Of a DNA stretch of 64,000 nt, positions 39,428 through 53,131 are shown piece after piece. The DNA is from Atractiella rhizophila (Eukaryota). The number at the start of each line of letters is the position of its first letter. The stretch's first letter is position 1. The position numbers were made by a program, and so were the translations under genes. The stretch covers positions 1 to 64,000 of the forward strand of contig MU271444.1 in NCBI GenBank assembly GCA_021432655.1, given 5' to 3'. The notes under the pieces are model-generated. The model saw nothing but the letters and a program-made list of their open reading frames with translations. It was not told the origin of the DNA and made no database searches.

Positions 39428-39810
39428 CAAACAATAAAAAGTGCACAGATATTTCCAAAAGCGTTAGCGCTTGGCATCAAGCGAATCCTCCTCTCAAATT
39501 CCCCTAACACTGTTGACCTTTCTGCACCAGCCTGTACTTGCGTAAATATAGACGAAACCACTTCCTTTGCGTTCCTGCACTCGAGGTGTGATCTAGAACG
39601 TCCTCGCTGAGTTTTATTGAGTCCTTCTATGGACTATTCTGGCGACAAGGAAGCAGACAGCAAAGTGGTAACCTCACCCGACTAGCGTCATCAAACGTCC
39701 GTTTCTCTGAACGTACACTATCGGCATGAGCTTCGGCAAGTTTGATCTCATTTATTTCGTCTTAGAATAGAAACTCTACACATCCATATTACACATACGT
39801 CTTTTGCGGC

Positions 39811-41013
39811 TTAATCAACACCAAAAGTATCCTGTTCTTGTGTTTCCCCGCCAGCTCCCCCGCCAGCAGCGGACGAGTCTGAAAACCCCCTTTCTTGAAG
39901 AATGTCTGGATCAACTATCTGAAACTGCACAATCCAGTAGACTTCTGAGTCACTTCGATGTTTTGCGATATAGGTGACAGGTTGTCCATCCCTAATAGGT
40001 ATTATGTATGAGACGCAACAAGGAACCAAATCGGCGCACCAATATTTTGCCAGAGAGATCTCCATCCCAACGATGCTAAGCGACAGATTATTGAAGTTGA
40101 TGCTAAAGAGGCGCGTCAGGTAGGCTGTAGCTTGATCAGAAGACTTACTAGCCGTTGCAGAAATCGGAGGTTACGATGACCTGAATAAGATTTATGAGAT
40201 TCTATAAAGCTCCCGAAAAAAAAAATTACGTGCCTCTTTGTTTAGAGTAACACTTTTCCTATGCTCCTCGCTCGCAAAATGCTTTTTTCGTTGGGCAACA
40301 TCTCCCGTCTGCAAATTTTCGACAAGTGAAGTAAGGTCCTCCTTTGGAGGTTCTGGATTCCATTGATCTTTCTCCGTCGTCGCAATATGAATGGAATTCA
40401 TCGTAGCCAAGAGAGGAGACCTATGGTAAAGCAGATGTCAGACCGATTCGTAAAAGGACGTTTCAAACGCACAAGGCCCACGGTTTGTCACCGTTAAGAT
40501 CATGCTGCCACCGATCATTTGATGCGAGTCTGGAAAGGGGAGGTTAGAAAAGTACCAACCTGAATGGCTGGATCGATGAATTTGACGAACTTGAGGATGG
40601 CCGTGGTCCCATAAGGCAAGGACGTTCGGATAGGCTCTGCAACCATTGTCGACTCAGTATGTGTCAAGATCTATCAGGCAGCTTACTCTCAAAAACGTTT
40701 CCGAACAGAACATCATCTGAAGAAACGTCTTTTAAATATCTCCCTGTCTCACATGTCAGGCGGATCTCTGGAGAAAAGCAGAAGAGGAACCTTGAACCTG
40801 GATGCTGTAGTTCATTCCATGTCCCTCTTCCTTATCAAAGTAACCGCTTTCAGGATCCGGGAACTCTTCAAATCCCCGTATTCGAACAGTCAGGAATCCC
40901 TCAAAGGAGGAAGAGCTGATCTTGAAGGGCTTAGACACATCTTGATTGACGGCGACAGGAGAGAGGGAGTCAAGGCTGGGGCCGGCGAGAACTTGAAGTT
41001 TAGGTGGTGCCAT
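39811..41013 (-). CDS. DUF1769-like conserved fungal protein
   Basis: LQVLAGPS, FEGFLTVRIRGF, YSIQVQG, DVLFGNVF, LPYGT, KFIDP, KPWALSPLLATMN, RKKHF, DFCNGY and YWDGQPVTY. Confidence 0.8.
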
Positions 41014-41454
41014 GCGCAATCGGCTCTAAATCTATTGAGAATTGGCTGTTTAAGAAGCTCTGCAAAGGTCTGGTATTGTCACGGATGGACAGTGGTCGCA
41101 GAGAATGGCCTTGCGAGAAGTGACATCACGCGTTCACTCATCATCGTACATCAAGCTGCTTGTATGAATGGATGAAGCTGGATGAAGCACATTGTAATCT
41201 GCGTTTGCGGTGGGTGATACAGAATGCATCTGAGCAGAGCTGCAGTGCGATTAGAAGCCAGAGATGTTCCTTTGAGTTCAGTGAGGCTCCAAGGGACAGA
41301 CATCTGAAAGAGGCCTGAATATCATAGAATATAGCTGTGGATGAGCGGCGAGACAGACAGTTGGAATTGGTGCGATAGCGACAACGGAACGATAGGAGTG
41401 GTAGTATGCGAGAGAGCTTCTTAACTGAAGGAGAGCTCAATATCTGTCCTACTT

Positions 41455-42958
41455 TCAGTCAGATATTTCGAGATATTCAATCTTCTTCTTCTTGATGTGA
41501 GCTTTTGACGGCGGTTTGACGACATTGAGGGTGTCGAGAACGGTGGGGAGTGAGGTCGTCGACTTTGGCTTGGATTTCCGTTTGGCTGTCTCTGGCGCTG
41601 TCTTTGGCTGCAATTTCTCGAAGGCGTTTGGTATCTTCTTTTGCTGCTTCTTCGTCGTCTTCCTCGTTTGAGGCTCAATGTCCCAGCAATATTCTTCCTC
41701 TCCACTTGCCACCAGGATTGCTTCCTCCACGCCCTCGACTTCTTCTGGTAAAGCGCCGTAAGCTGCATCTTCAACTGCCAGGACACGTTCTTCGTCTTCA
41801 CTCTCGTCCTCGTCCTCTTCCTCGCTGTCAGGAATGACAGCCTTCATTCCACGAGCCTTTTTCTGCTTCTTTCCCAAAGTGTAGACTTCGTGCCTGCGGT
41901 AGCTACAGCGGATGAGATTGATCCAAACTAACTCTCCATCGCAAGCGGGACATGCGCCGCGATCAGGAACGAGAGCGGTGGTGTCAGATTTGAGGAGGGA
42001 AGAGGCGAGACATGAGAGATGTGAAATACTTGTGCAACGTTGGTGAGGGCAGAAGGCGAAGGTGAGGTGATTTCGAACGTCGACGTCGAGGTTGCAGACG
42101 CTACACTTTTCTCCACCAAATCCTGGAAGAAAAGATTCCCAACGTTTGAGCTGTGCACAAGTGTATTCATCTGCATCATGAAATCCAATTAGTAAGTCCT
42201 GCATGTGGCCGAAAAAGGAGCATACCGTCATTCGCAACATAAGGATTTGTCGAACCCATCATCTCGCCTGGTTCGCGCTGGGCTCGACCTCCATCCACAC
42301 CTTCAAAACGTTTATGGACCTTCACTAGCTTGAGTTTGGAGATCTCATCCTCTTCTAGCTTAATATTCACCGCCGGCGCTGCTTTCTTCACCTTCTTGTT
42401 CCTCCCGGGCTCCTTCATTGGTTCAAGGTTATCCTCCCACGCGGCCAAGCTATCCTCCCCAAAGATCGTAACTTCAAGAGAAAATCGATCCCAAGGAGGC
42501 GAGCAGAGCATAGACTGAAGCACCAGAATCTTGTTCTTCATCGTATATGACAGAGGGTGTTTCTTGAACCTGGCTTTCTTCACGTCTTCTCCTTCCTCAT
42601 CTACAACCAGCGCAAGATGCCTGCTCCTCTCCGGATTCTGCCATGCCCATTCAAACTGCAAAGCGGCGAGTTTAGAGGGGAATCCATGGGCTATTATTTC
42701 CATCTCCCATGGACGACCTCGTTTTGTCTTCCATGCACCTCCATTCTTCAGAATACCATTGTGTTGCCGGATTCGACGGTATGGATCAGGAGTTGAGCCT
42801 ATATAGGTGCGGGAGAGGAGGCGTCCATTCTTCCCGGTTTGGCGAGAACGCAACAAGTAGCAGGCATAGAACGGAGGGATGGTATGATTGGTCAACGTCG
42901 AACGCGAAGGTTGCGACGAGGTCACACTAAGAATTTTAGAGCTTGACGCGTCTTTCAT
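41455..42958 (-). CDS. SLX1: Structure-specific endonuclease subunit Slx1 (GIY-YIG plus C-terminal Zn finger)
   Basis: FYACYLLRS, TYIGSTPDPYRRIRQHNG, GGAWKT..RPW, GFPSKLAALQFEWAWQ; CSVC...C...HLSCLA...CPAC. Confidence 0.95.
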
Positions 42959-43147
42959 GACGCTCTTTCTAATGACCAAATGCTGATGCCTTGATGGCTC
43001 TTGCTCTGCGTTGCTTATCATAGTCACGTGGAATGGATGCGCTGACGCACGCGAGCCGCGACAGCGACGACAACAAACCGCGATCCCGCCAGTTGCCACA
43101 ACCAAATCCAGCACAAGCCTCACATTGATTCTCCTCCACCAGCCATA

Positions 43148-44004
43148 ATGACTGCTCACAAATTCTCTCCTAGCATATTTCAGACTCCCAAAGCTCAGAT
43201 TAGTCGACCTTGGTCACCTTCCTGGGACAAAACTCCGAAATTCGAGCCATCTCCATCTCCTCAGCCAGATGCTCAAGCCATTGCAGCCCGCAAGAATGTA
43301 TACCAAGAAGTTAAGGGCAGAGGGATGAGATTCACGACCTTCGGTCATGGGACGGATATCAGCAAGGGACACGAGGATGCAATCAAACAAGTTGAAGGAC
43401 TTGGATACGTAAGAATGACCCTGAAGGAATCCGGGGGTTTCTCGCTCGATTGTCCTTCGGATGATGACTTTCAATCAATTTGTCTGGGTTGGTTTGCCTG
43501 GAATGGTGAGTCTGTCTTCTCTCCGGTGCGACAGCAGTGACATGAAGAGTTGCAGGTGAAAGGTGGTGTCCTATTCCTCTCCCTCCCCCATGCTACGGCC
43601 ATCAGTACGCCACATATGTCGTCTTCCCTAACTGGTCTTATTTCCCACTCGCTGGCCGGAACTATTACACTCTTGCTGAGGAACGTAACCTCCCTTCTTT
43701 CACTAGCTTCTCCGATGCTGTCTATACTTGTGGTGTCGTCCGCGATGTTCGCAGTCAGGCTCAAACGAATGGGCAAGCTGAAGGGCAAGAACAGAGAAAT
43801 CAAGAAGGAAAAGCAGCCAAGCACAAGATTCTCAATGGAAGGTATCGTGATTATATCATTCGATCGGGAGGAAAGAGCGACCATTTGGAGAGGAAGAGGT
43901 CTCGTGAAGAAGATCAAGACCAAGAGGGACAGGAAGCAAGACGCACTCCAAAGAAAGCGAAAGTCGAAGTCCAGCTTCTGTCTCCTATCATTCTCTCATC
44001 TTAA
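43148..44004 (+). CDS. Hypothetical 2-exon protein
   Basis: ATG 43148. A GTGAGT...TGCAG intron (about 43507-43555) joins in frame to GERWCPIPLPPPCYGHQYATYVVFPNW..., ending TAA 44004. This frame is not listed in the ORF track. Confidence 0.6.
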
Positions 44005-44719
44005 GCTGCTATCGCCTTCAAGAGGTTCAACTAGATGCAGAAGAGCTTCTTGGACATTCATTGCAGGGACGCGACGGTACATCTACATCTTCACTCCTTT
44101 ATACCAACGTGACTGTAACCTGCTTGCATCTTTTCCTCCGACTTCCTCCTCCCTCCATTCCATGCGCTCAATAGTGTTCCCTTTCTCCTTTTGACTGCAC
44201 TCTCAGTCGTTAACTGTTGTTGTGGCTCCATGTGAGTTTGCTTCTCCCACTATTTACATAAACAAATCCTCCTCTATCGTCCACAAGTGCATACCTGTAC
44301 TTTGCCAGATTGTTGCTGATCCCATGTTCAATTGTATTATTGCTATACATGGTCACACTTATCGCATCGTATCATTATTCTCTTTTCCTTTCTCGTTCTA
44401 TTGCTTGAATCCCTTCTTTTGATTCTTGTTTTGTTTCCTAAATAGTAATCATCTGCCGTAGAATAAATTTATCTGTCAACCTCATCGCATTGTGGGCATG
44501 GCAGAAGTAAAGGTTTAGCAGGTTTAGTAAAGAAAAAAGACATAGAATTGGAGCGGACGGAAAGTTGCTGGATATCATACACTGATGATACACGACTGAT
44601 CACTCAAACGACTGAAACTGGCCGAAGACATAAGCATAAACAGGATACGTCTAAGTGGGATGATGTTACAATGAAGGGGTCAAGGAGGATGTGCGCAGGC
44701 ACTGAAGGATGAGGGGTTA

Positions 44720-47662
44720 TCAACGGATCCAAAAGCTATGAACGAACCCGACGAAGCACACAATCGCGACGAGGAAGAAGCCTAGAGCGTAATTGAAGGG
44801 GTAATTTCGGGCATCAGGTCCATCTGCAATGGAATACGACCAAATCGCGCCGCCAATAAGAGGTCCCAAGAAGCGAGCAGCTGCAAAAGTATGTCAGCAA
44901 TTTGATGAAAGGTAAACGACAAGGATACCTGATACTACGCTCTGAGCGGTACCGTTTGCCAAAGAGACGAGAGGTGCTGGCGTCATCGCGTTGACGAGAA
45001 TCATGATGGCGGTATATGAGCAGACACTGGCTAAACTTCGGATGACTGGTAGCCCTCGTGAGTATCCGGTTGATAGCAGGTAAGGCATATATACCCATGA
45101 GCAGGAGCATTCCAAACATTACAAATCCATTTGTATTTTGGTGGAGCAGTCCTCGAAGTTCTGGGAAGAGGAGGTAGACTGGAATGTAGAGCAGCAGTCC
45201 GAAACGGAACATGAAGAGGTGAGAGAAGTGGCCTCTTGGCGGTCCGACGTTGGGGTACTGTTAAACACATCTTTAGAGTGGAACAGTGTGGACGAGTGTT
45301 AAATCTCACGAAGCGGAATTGAAACAGCATTTGGAAGAAGCATAACTGTTTAGCCAGTCAAAAATACGCCATCGTGAACAGAATGGAACTCACGAGTGCG
45401 ATGAGTGTGGCGTAATCCGAAGCTCTCAGGCCCAATCCACCGCTCGCAACAGGGGTTACCAAAAACGACCTGTTTTGCACCAGTTCACTTTCCCCCACAT
45501 AGGATGAACAGAATTACGGACATGAAGACTTGGTCGCAAGTGGTTCCATGAAGAGCCACAACGGCATACTGGACGATGAGAGTGACAGGGAGTAACTTCC
45601 ACACACTTTCCTGCATTCCATCCCCAGGAATAGTTTCCGCGGGAGGGACAGTCGTCTCTCCTCCGGTCAGCTGAATCACATCTTCCTCCTGCTCCTCCTC
45701 TTCCGCCCCAACATTCACCGGCGTCTTCGTCAGACCAGTGTTATGAAAGATCGCACGAACGGATGAGGTAGAGCTGGACCTCCTGAGAGAAAGAGGAGCC
45801 AGAGTCCGTCCCACCCCTCTGCCTCTGTCCAATTCTCCATGGTCAGGCTCTTTAAGCTTTTGGCTCGGCTGGAAAAGCGCAGAAGGACGCGTATCAGGGA
45901 GGGGGAATAGGAGGTCTTCTGGGGTATCTGCGGTGGAGATAGCGGCTTGGATGCCGAGACCTATCGTCGGACGAGTTTGTTGAATGTCCTTCCACGGTCG
46001 CGCGTCTTCTTCTGAAACTTCCCTTGGACCAACTTGGTACCTGGAGCGGGAGTAGAGGGCTTGCTTGCGAGTGGCGTTTCGGACATCCGTTTCATTATGG
46101 GTTGCAGCATCGACCCATAGATCGGAGATGGAGAAAATATTGTTATCGTTGGACATGAGCAATCTTCCATTTGCATCAGCCTTCATGATTCTGAAGGAAA
46201 ATCAGACGAGAACTTACCGCTTCGCAAAGCCTCCACTAGTGCTAGTCCTCGACCTCAAACTAGAACCACTAGCTGAACTTCTCCTCCGCCCCGTCCCTCT
46301 TCCCTGAGTCGGATAACCGTACCTCCTATCATCCTCACTCGAACTCTCCTTCCCCTTCCCCTTTCCTGGAATAACAAAGCTGATCTTCCTCGTCGGCTTC
46401 GTCACGATCGGAACCTTTGAGCTCCCTTGCCGGTCATCATCGCTGTCGTCCGGCGAGCTAGCAGAGGATACCCCAATGGTCTTCTCCTCCCCCTCTAACC
46501 TGATACCGCCTTCTTTGACCCCTCCGTCCCATCCAAGGAAGATGGAGAGGAGGCAACCCGTCCCGGTGACACAAGCGGCTATGAGACATGGGAGGAGGTA
46601 TGGATGCACAACGAAGATTTCGAGTTTTGGAGAGCTGAAGAGAGAAGGCAATTTGAGAGCTGGATGTTCTGTCAGGCCACCAATGATTGGGCCAACCTGT
46701 GGCATTCATGGAGCTCGTCAGTACAGCCCGCAATGAGGATGTCATTCTTCCACATCCTGAGATGCGCCGCTCTACGCAGACGCAGTCCATCCATACTGAG
46801 AACAGAAGGTAGACTCACGATTCCGCCCATTCCCCAACAGAACCCCACAAGAGCATAAGCCCTCTGCTCATTTGTCGTGTCCGTAACGTCCTTCACAACT
46901 CCGCGCGCAACGCCAACGGCACCATTGAATAGACCTTGGGCGAATCTAATGAGCAAGAGCTGTGGCAAGCTTGTAGCAGTTCCTTCATTCCAAAACCAAA
47001 AGACCTCAATGTCCAACCTTTACTACAGGAAAAGCAAAAGCAGACGTACCAAACAGCAGCAACGAGATGGTATTACCCGCCAAACTGCTCATCAACACCA
47101 CCCTCCTGCCGTGTTTTCTCCCAATAGAAGCCCATAGCAGACTGGTCAGGAATTGAGAGAGGAAGAAAGTCGAAGCGACGATTCCGGCCCATAGTCCGAC
47201 TTTAGATTCGAGACCTTCTTCAGCTTCCCCAGACTCTCGGAAGAAGCCCTCGATCATGAAGAAGAGGAAAGGACCGGCGACAGAAGCGGACAGAAATTCG
47301 CCAATCATTATGATGCAGAGCACCGTCATAGGTACAACGGGCAAAGGCGTGATGGACTCGCCATCCTTCGAGACCTTGCTCTGACGATACCGCGGCAGAG
47401 GCAGCTTGGGGATCGAGGGCCGATACGGTTTTGAGGAATAAGAGAAAGCGGGCTCTTCGAACGTGTTCATCTCCACTGGCAGCAGGGGATCATTGTCCAC
47501 AGTCGACGGCCGTGGGACGCTGGACATCCGCGGTGGGAAGCGAACGAAGGAGGCAAGGCGGTCGAGTAGCGTGGCCTTCTTCCTGCGCTTGAAGGAGGTC
47601 GGTGGCGCAGGTGGCCGCGGTGGCATCGTCAGGGGAGCTGGGGAAAGTGCTCGAGCTAACAT
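44720..47662 (-). CDS. MFS transporter, YCR023C/ZIFL-like, with large central loop
   Basis: TPLPVVPM, WAGIVASTFFLSQFLTSLLW, GRKHGRR, RFAQGLFNGAVGVARG, GPIIGG, HPYLLPC and LANGTAQS. Confidence 0.88.
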
Positions 47663-47897
47663 GTTGGTCGTCGAAAGTGAAGCTGAATTCGCTAACAAAG
47701 AATACGCAGCCCCATTGATCGACTTTCTGGCTACTGCGTAATTTAATGTCTTGTACAATACTTAATGCACCAGAATTCCGGAATCATTCTCGAGAAGCAC
47801 CATAACTAGCCACTTCATCAGATTTGCATCCTTTCATTAAGGCAGTCGCCTGACAGGCTGTCGTAAACCTTTTTTTTATCGATCGCGTTGGTTGAGG

Positions 47898-49692
47898 ATG
47901 GCGTCCTTTCTTCCTTATCACGAACCAAGCATACGAACAATCCTCATAAATGGGAGCTTTCTTCTGACCCTCAACTGGATCAATTATATCCTGGATTCCA
48001 CAGTCTACTGTGGCTTAATCGGGCAAATATTCATCGGGGTCGCCTGGGGAACACCAGCAGGTAAATGGCTCACAGAAGAAGCGGAACATACCATTGTTCA
48101 GTTGGGATATTTGGGCTTGATCCTTCTCGTTTACGAAGGTAACAATTCTATCTGCCATTGAAAGTCTGTAGCAGCTGACACTCAAGATGATTAAACTGAA
48201 AGGTGGCCTTTCGACGTCTTTTTCAGCTCTCAAAGCGAACTTGTTACTGTCTACAAGCGTGGCCCTGACGGGCATACTCATGCCCATCGCTCTCTCCTTC
48301 CTCCTCGTCCCCATCGCAAAAGCGACCCATCTTCAAGCCTTTGCCGCCGGAGCAGCTCTCTGTTCAACCAGTTTGGGGACCACCTTCACCGTTCTATCGA
48401 CTAGCGGACTAACCAACTCCCGTCTCGGAGTGGTGTTGACGAGCGCAGCCATGATGGATGACGTTGTTGGGCTGGTGATGGTGCAGGTCATTTCGAATCT
48501 CGGGAACTCCTCTTCGTCAGGTCGAGATGCTTTGGAAGCCACAGACGTGATTCGACCTATCGCGGTGTCGATCGGTTTTGCCGTGCTCATACCGTTAGCC
48601 TGCAGGTGGATCGTGAAGCCTTTGACAGAGTTCTTGAATCGAAAGAGAATGGAGAGGAGAGATGGTTTTGCCAATCGTATACTCAGGTTGGAACACACTC
48701 CGCTGATTCTGCACCTTCTTATTCTCCTCGCTTTTGTTGCTGCTGGATCTTACGCTGGGACGTCGAATCTCTTCACGGCTTATATCGCTGGAGCATGCAT
48801 TGGTTGGTGGGATACAGAAGTTGGCCATTGCACCACGTCTCCTCCTAGCTCCCAATCCACGATCGAGAACGAACCCGGAGCTCAAGCAATCAAAACCAGT
48901 AACAAAAGCGACCAGCTCGAGGATCGCAGCAAAAGGACGGGGCAAGCAATCTACTCTATATATCTCTCCCATGCGGTGGACCGGATTCTCAAACCCTTTT
49001 TCTTCGCGTCCATAGGATTTTCCATTCCTATTTCCCGCATGTTCGACGGCCCAGTCATCTGGCGAGGTATCGTCTATAGCATTCTCATGGCCTTCGCAAA
49101 GATCGTCTGTGGACTATGGCTTGTCAGGATGTCCATGCCACCAGCAATTCCTAGAATCCTGAGAAGACTAAATGGTGCTCTTCCAAAGATTTCTCACGAT
49201 TGGTGGCCGTGGAAGAAGAACAGTAACACGGCGAAATCTCGATCTAAACCTCTTAAACCGCCCGCCTCTCCCTCTCTCGCCATCACAAGGAAGAAGCGCA
49301 AAAGTGACGACTCTCCTAAACAACCTACCCAAGCAGAATCGTCGCCGGAAGTGGAAGTCTCTCCTCGTCCGAATGATCACACCTCTCCAGATCCTCCGAA
49401 ACCTCTTTCGTTGTACCCAGCAGGAATTCTAGGGTGTGCAATGGTCGCAAGAGGCGAAATAGGTTTCCTCATTTCCTCCCTCGCCGACAGCAGAGCCATC
49501 TTCTCAAATAGTGAAGGCGGAGATGGGGAGAGCGACCAAATTTTTCTCATCATTATTTGGGCTATTATGGTCTGCACGATCGTTGGTCCACTCAGTGTTG
49601 GACTTTTGGTGAAGAGAGTGAAAAGGTTGGATAGTGGACATCAAAATGGTGGTGGCGCGAATGGACCACTTGGAGTTTGGGGTGTCAAGTAA
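47898..49692 (+). CDS. Cation/H+ antiporter (Na+/H+ exchanger, CPA2-like)
   Basis: LPYHEP, LGYLGLILLVYEGG, GAALCSTSLGTT, SAAMMDDVVGL, PFFFASIGF and AMVARGEIGF; one intron. Confidence 0.92.
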
Positions 49693-51643
49693 AAGATCTA
49701 GAGTTGACACCACTCTCTCTTTCTGTACATATTTGACTGCATAATGATCATTTCCAAAATCGATCTGTGGAGCGCTCATCCTCATGCTGTTAGGAACCTC
49801 GAAGCGGAATGACTGATATGACACAAATGACTGGTCTTGTCCCACAATTAGAGCCACGAATACAGTTCTTTGGCCATAAAAGGGGGAGTCTCTGAAGAAG
49901 CAGGGCCAGCGAATTATCAAGCCAGCTTTGAACGCCTAAAATGACTCAAGACTCGAGCGAGAAGAAATCCTCGTCCCCATCGCAAAAGCGACCCATCTTC
50001 AAGCCTTTGCCGCCGGAGCAGCTCTCTGTTCAACCAGTTTGGGGACCACCTTCACCGTTCTAACGACGAGCGGACTAACCAACTCCCGTCTCGGAGTGGT
50101 GTTGACGAGCGCAGCCATGATGGATGACGTTGTTGGGCTGGTGATGGTCCAGGTCATTTCGAATCTCGGGAGCTCCTCTTCCTCTTCGTCAGGTCGAGAT
50201 GCCTTGGAAACCACAGATGTGATTCGACCTATCGTGGTGTCGATCGGTTTTGCCGTGCTCGTCCCTCTGGCCTGTCGGTGGATCGTGAAGCCTTTGACAG
50301 AGTTCTTGAATCGAGAGAGAATGGAGAGGAGAGATGGTTTTGCCAACCGTATCCTCTGCTTGGAACACACTCCGCTGATTCTGCACCTTCTTATTCTCCT
50401 CGCTTTTGTTGCTGCTGGATCTTACGCTGGGACGTCGAATCTCTTCACGGCTTATATCGCCGGAGCATGTATCAGTTGGTGGGATACAGAAGTTGGCCAT
50501 TGCACCACGTCTCCTCCTAGCTCCCAATCCACGATCGAGAACGAACCCGGAGCTCAAGCAATCAAAACCAGTAACAAAAGCGACCAACTTGAGGATCGCA
50601 GCAAAAGGACGGGGCAAGCAATCTACTCTATATATCTCTCCCATGCGGTGGACCGAATTCTCAAACCCTTTTTCTTCGCGTCCATTGGATTCTCTATTCC
50701 TATTTCCCGCATGTTCGACGGCCCAGTCATCTGGAGAGGTATCGTCTATAGCATTCTCATGGGCTTCGCAAAGATCGTCTGTGGACTATGGCTTGTCAGG
50801 ACGTCGATGCCTTCAGTCATTCCCAGGATCATGAGAAGACTAAAAGGTGCTCTTCCAAAGATTACTCACGATTGGTGGCCGTGGAAGAAGGATAACAACA
50901 AGTCGAAATCTCGATCTAAACCTTTTAAACCGCCCGCCTCTCCCTCTCTCGTCGTCACAAGGAAGAAGAGTAAAATTGACGCCTCTCCTAGACAACCTAC
51001 CCAAGCAGCAAAGTCGCCAGATGTCGAAGTCTCTCCTCGTCCAAACGATCACACCTCTCCAGATCCTCCGAAACCTCTTTCGCTGTACCCAGCAGGAATT
51101 TTAGGATGTGCAATGGTCGCAAGAGGCGAGATAGGTTTCCTCATTTCCTCCCTCGCCGACAGCAGAGGCATCTTCTCGAATAGTGACGGCGGAGATGGGG
51201 AGAGCGACCAAATTTTTCTCATCATTACTTGGGCTATTATGGTCTGCACGATCGTTGGTCCACTCAGCGTTGGACTTTTGGTGAAGAGAGTGAAACGGTT
51301 GGATGGTGGACATCAAAATGGTGGTGGTGGCGTGAATGGACCACTTGGAGTTTGGGGTGTCAAGTAAAAGATCTAGAGTTGACACCACTCTCTCTTTCTG
51401 TACATATTTTGACTGCATAATGATCATTTCCAAAATCGATCTGTGGAGCGCTCATCCTCATGCTGTTAGGAACCTCGAAGCGGAATGACTGATATGACAC
51501 AAATGACTGTTCTTGTCCCACAATTAGAGCCACGAATGCAGTTCTTTGGCCATAAAAGAGGGAGTCTCTGAAGAAGCAGGGCCAGCGAATTATCAAGCCA
51601 GCTTTGAACGCCTAAAATGACTCAAGATTCGAGCGAGAAGAAA
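48302..51643 (+). repeat. Tandem segmental duplication (1666-bp and 1676-bp units)
   Basis: 48302-49967 is repeated at 49968-51643 with scattered substitutions and indels of +6, +3 and +1 nt. Confidence 0.95.
49968..51367 (+). pseudogene. 5'-truncated second copy of the cation/H+ antiporter (frame still open)
   Basis: Lacks exon 1 and the first TM helices. It follows the duplicated start of the GFA gene (ATG 49941), which is out of frame with it. Confidence 0.75.
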
Positions 51644-52064
51644 ACGTACACCGGAGGCTGCCACTGCCGTTCCAATATCTATGAGTTCAAGTGTCCGCCT
51701 CTCGACTCTGCCAAGGCGGAGCTGCACTATTGCAACTGTTCCTACTGCAAGTATGACACCGGAGTTTCAATGCAAGTGCCTCCTCTTAGGAATTGATAAT
51801 TTCTGACCATCCCACAGCGCCGTCCCTTCCTCCGATTTCCGTTTCATAAAGGGGAGCATGGAGAACATGACCGGCTACTTCTTTGCCAACAAACGCATTG
51901 GACAATACTTCTGCAAGACTTGCGGCGTCACTATTTTGGCACATTTTGACAAGATGGACGAGTACATTGTCGGGCTGAGATGTGTCGATGATTTCGAGCT
52001 GACGGATGAGATTGCGAAACGCGCAAAGTTGTACGATGGTAAAAGTGTTGCTATCAAAACCTGA
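51617..52064 (+). CDS. GFA/CENP-V (Mss4-like) Zn-binding protein
   Basis: TYTGGCHC, HYCNCSYC and YFCKTCGV, with one intron. Confidence 0.9.
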
Positions 52065-53131
52065 ACTGTTTGAATGTATGTGGAACCCTTCAAGGACAAC
52101 GATCAGGCAGCTGTGAGCGTACATAAAAACATTTCGTTGCTGAAACGGATTCCAGTCAAGAATGCTCCAGTCTGGCAGGGCAAAAAGTCGGAGCCACATC
52201 ACATTGGAAGCTCAACCTCCTTTTCGTGTCCTTCATGCTCGTATGAAGGCTTTGAAATGCACTTTCCCTTTTCTCGGTTGTCATGTATTCCCTTTCATTG
52301 GGTGGATTCATCTCTTCAAAGCGCGACGATATCTTAATTTCAAATCGCGGGAAGGTTGCGGTGAACCTTCTTCAAGTTACAAGCAGGAGGAATGTTATTC
52401 AACCTTCAAGTTGTCCCTACTACTTCATTTGTTTATTTGTTTTGATTTAAACTCATGCCATGATGACTACTCAAAAGGTTGCCTCGAGCAGGTTGCTGTG
52501 TAGCCCTTGTTTAGTGTTTCAACTGGATCGTTTTCCTTATCAACTTTACACGCGAAGCTTCAAGTTTGTTCATTCAGCGTCATTTGTTATTTTTCAGTCG
52601 CAAGGAACATGTTCGTTGTTTTTATCAGCAGTTGCCACGCGCAGAAGAACGATTGGATATGTCGACATGTGACTTGTTGCCGCTATTCATGATAGCAATC
52701 GTACTTCCTAGCCGGGGTGATGTTGATTTCCATTGGGCCTATCTACTGCCTTCTTTGTTATCCTGTTACGCACTGCCGGAGTCATCGAACATCCGCCTGA
52801 TAAATGTAATCAAGCGATTAATGAGGTTTTAATACCCCGATCTTGAAGTGCTGAACGCGTCGCGGGCACGCGAACTTACCAAAATAGACACTCCGTGCCT
52901 GCAGAGAACCTGCTTTCCGTTTGTCACGCCCCCGTCGCTTCCAGCATTCCTGTTACTCCTTAAAACCTTACGGCAGGATATATAATGATGCAGCAGACCC
53001 AGTTATGAATGAACCGCCTGGGTAGTTGCGAGAGTCCGAACTTCTCGTCAGTCATACATACATCTTAGACTCTTGTTTGCTCTCCCAGAGATTTACTTCT
53101 GTGTCTGAACGTTCTATTTTACTTGACCACC

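Noticed and set aside
42600..42880. GIY-YIG nuclease as a homing endonuclease or Penelope element
   Set aside because: The motifs and C-terminal Zn finger match the housekeeping gene SLX1.
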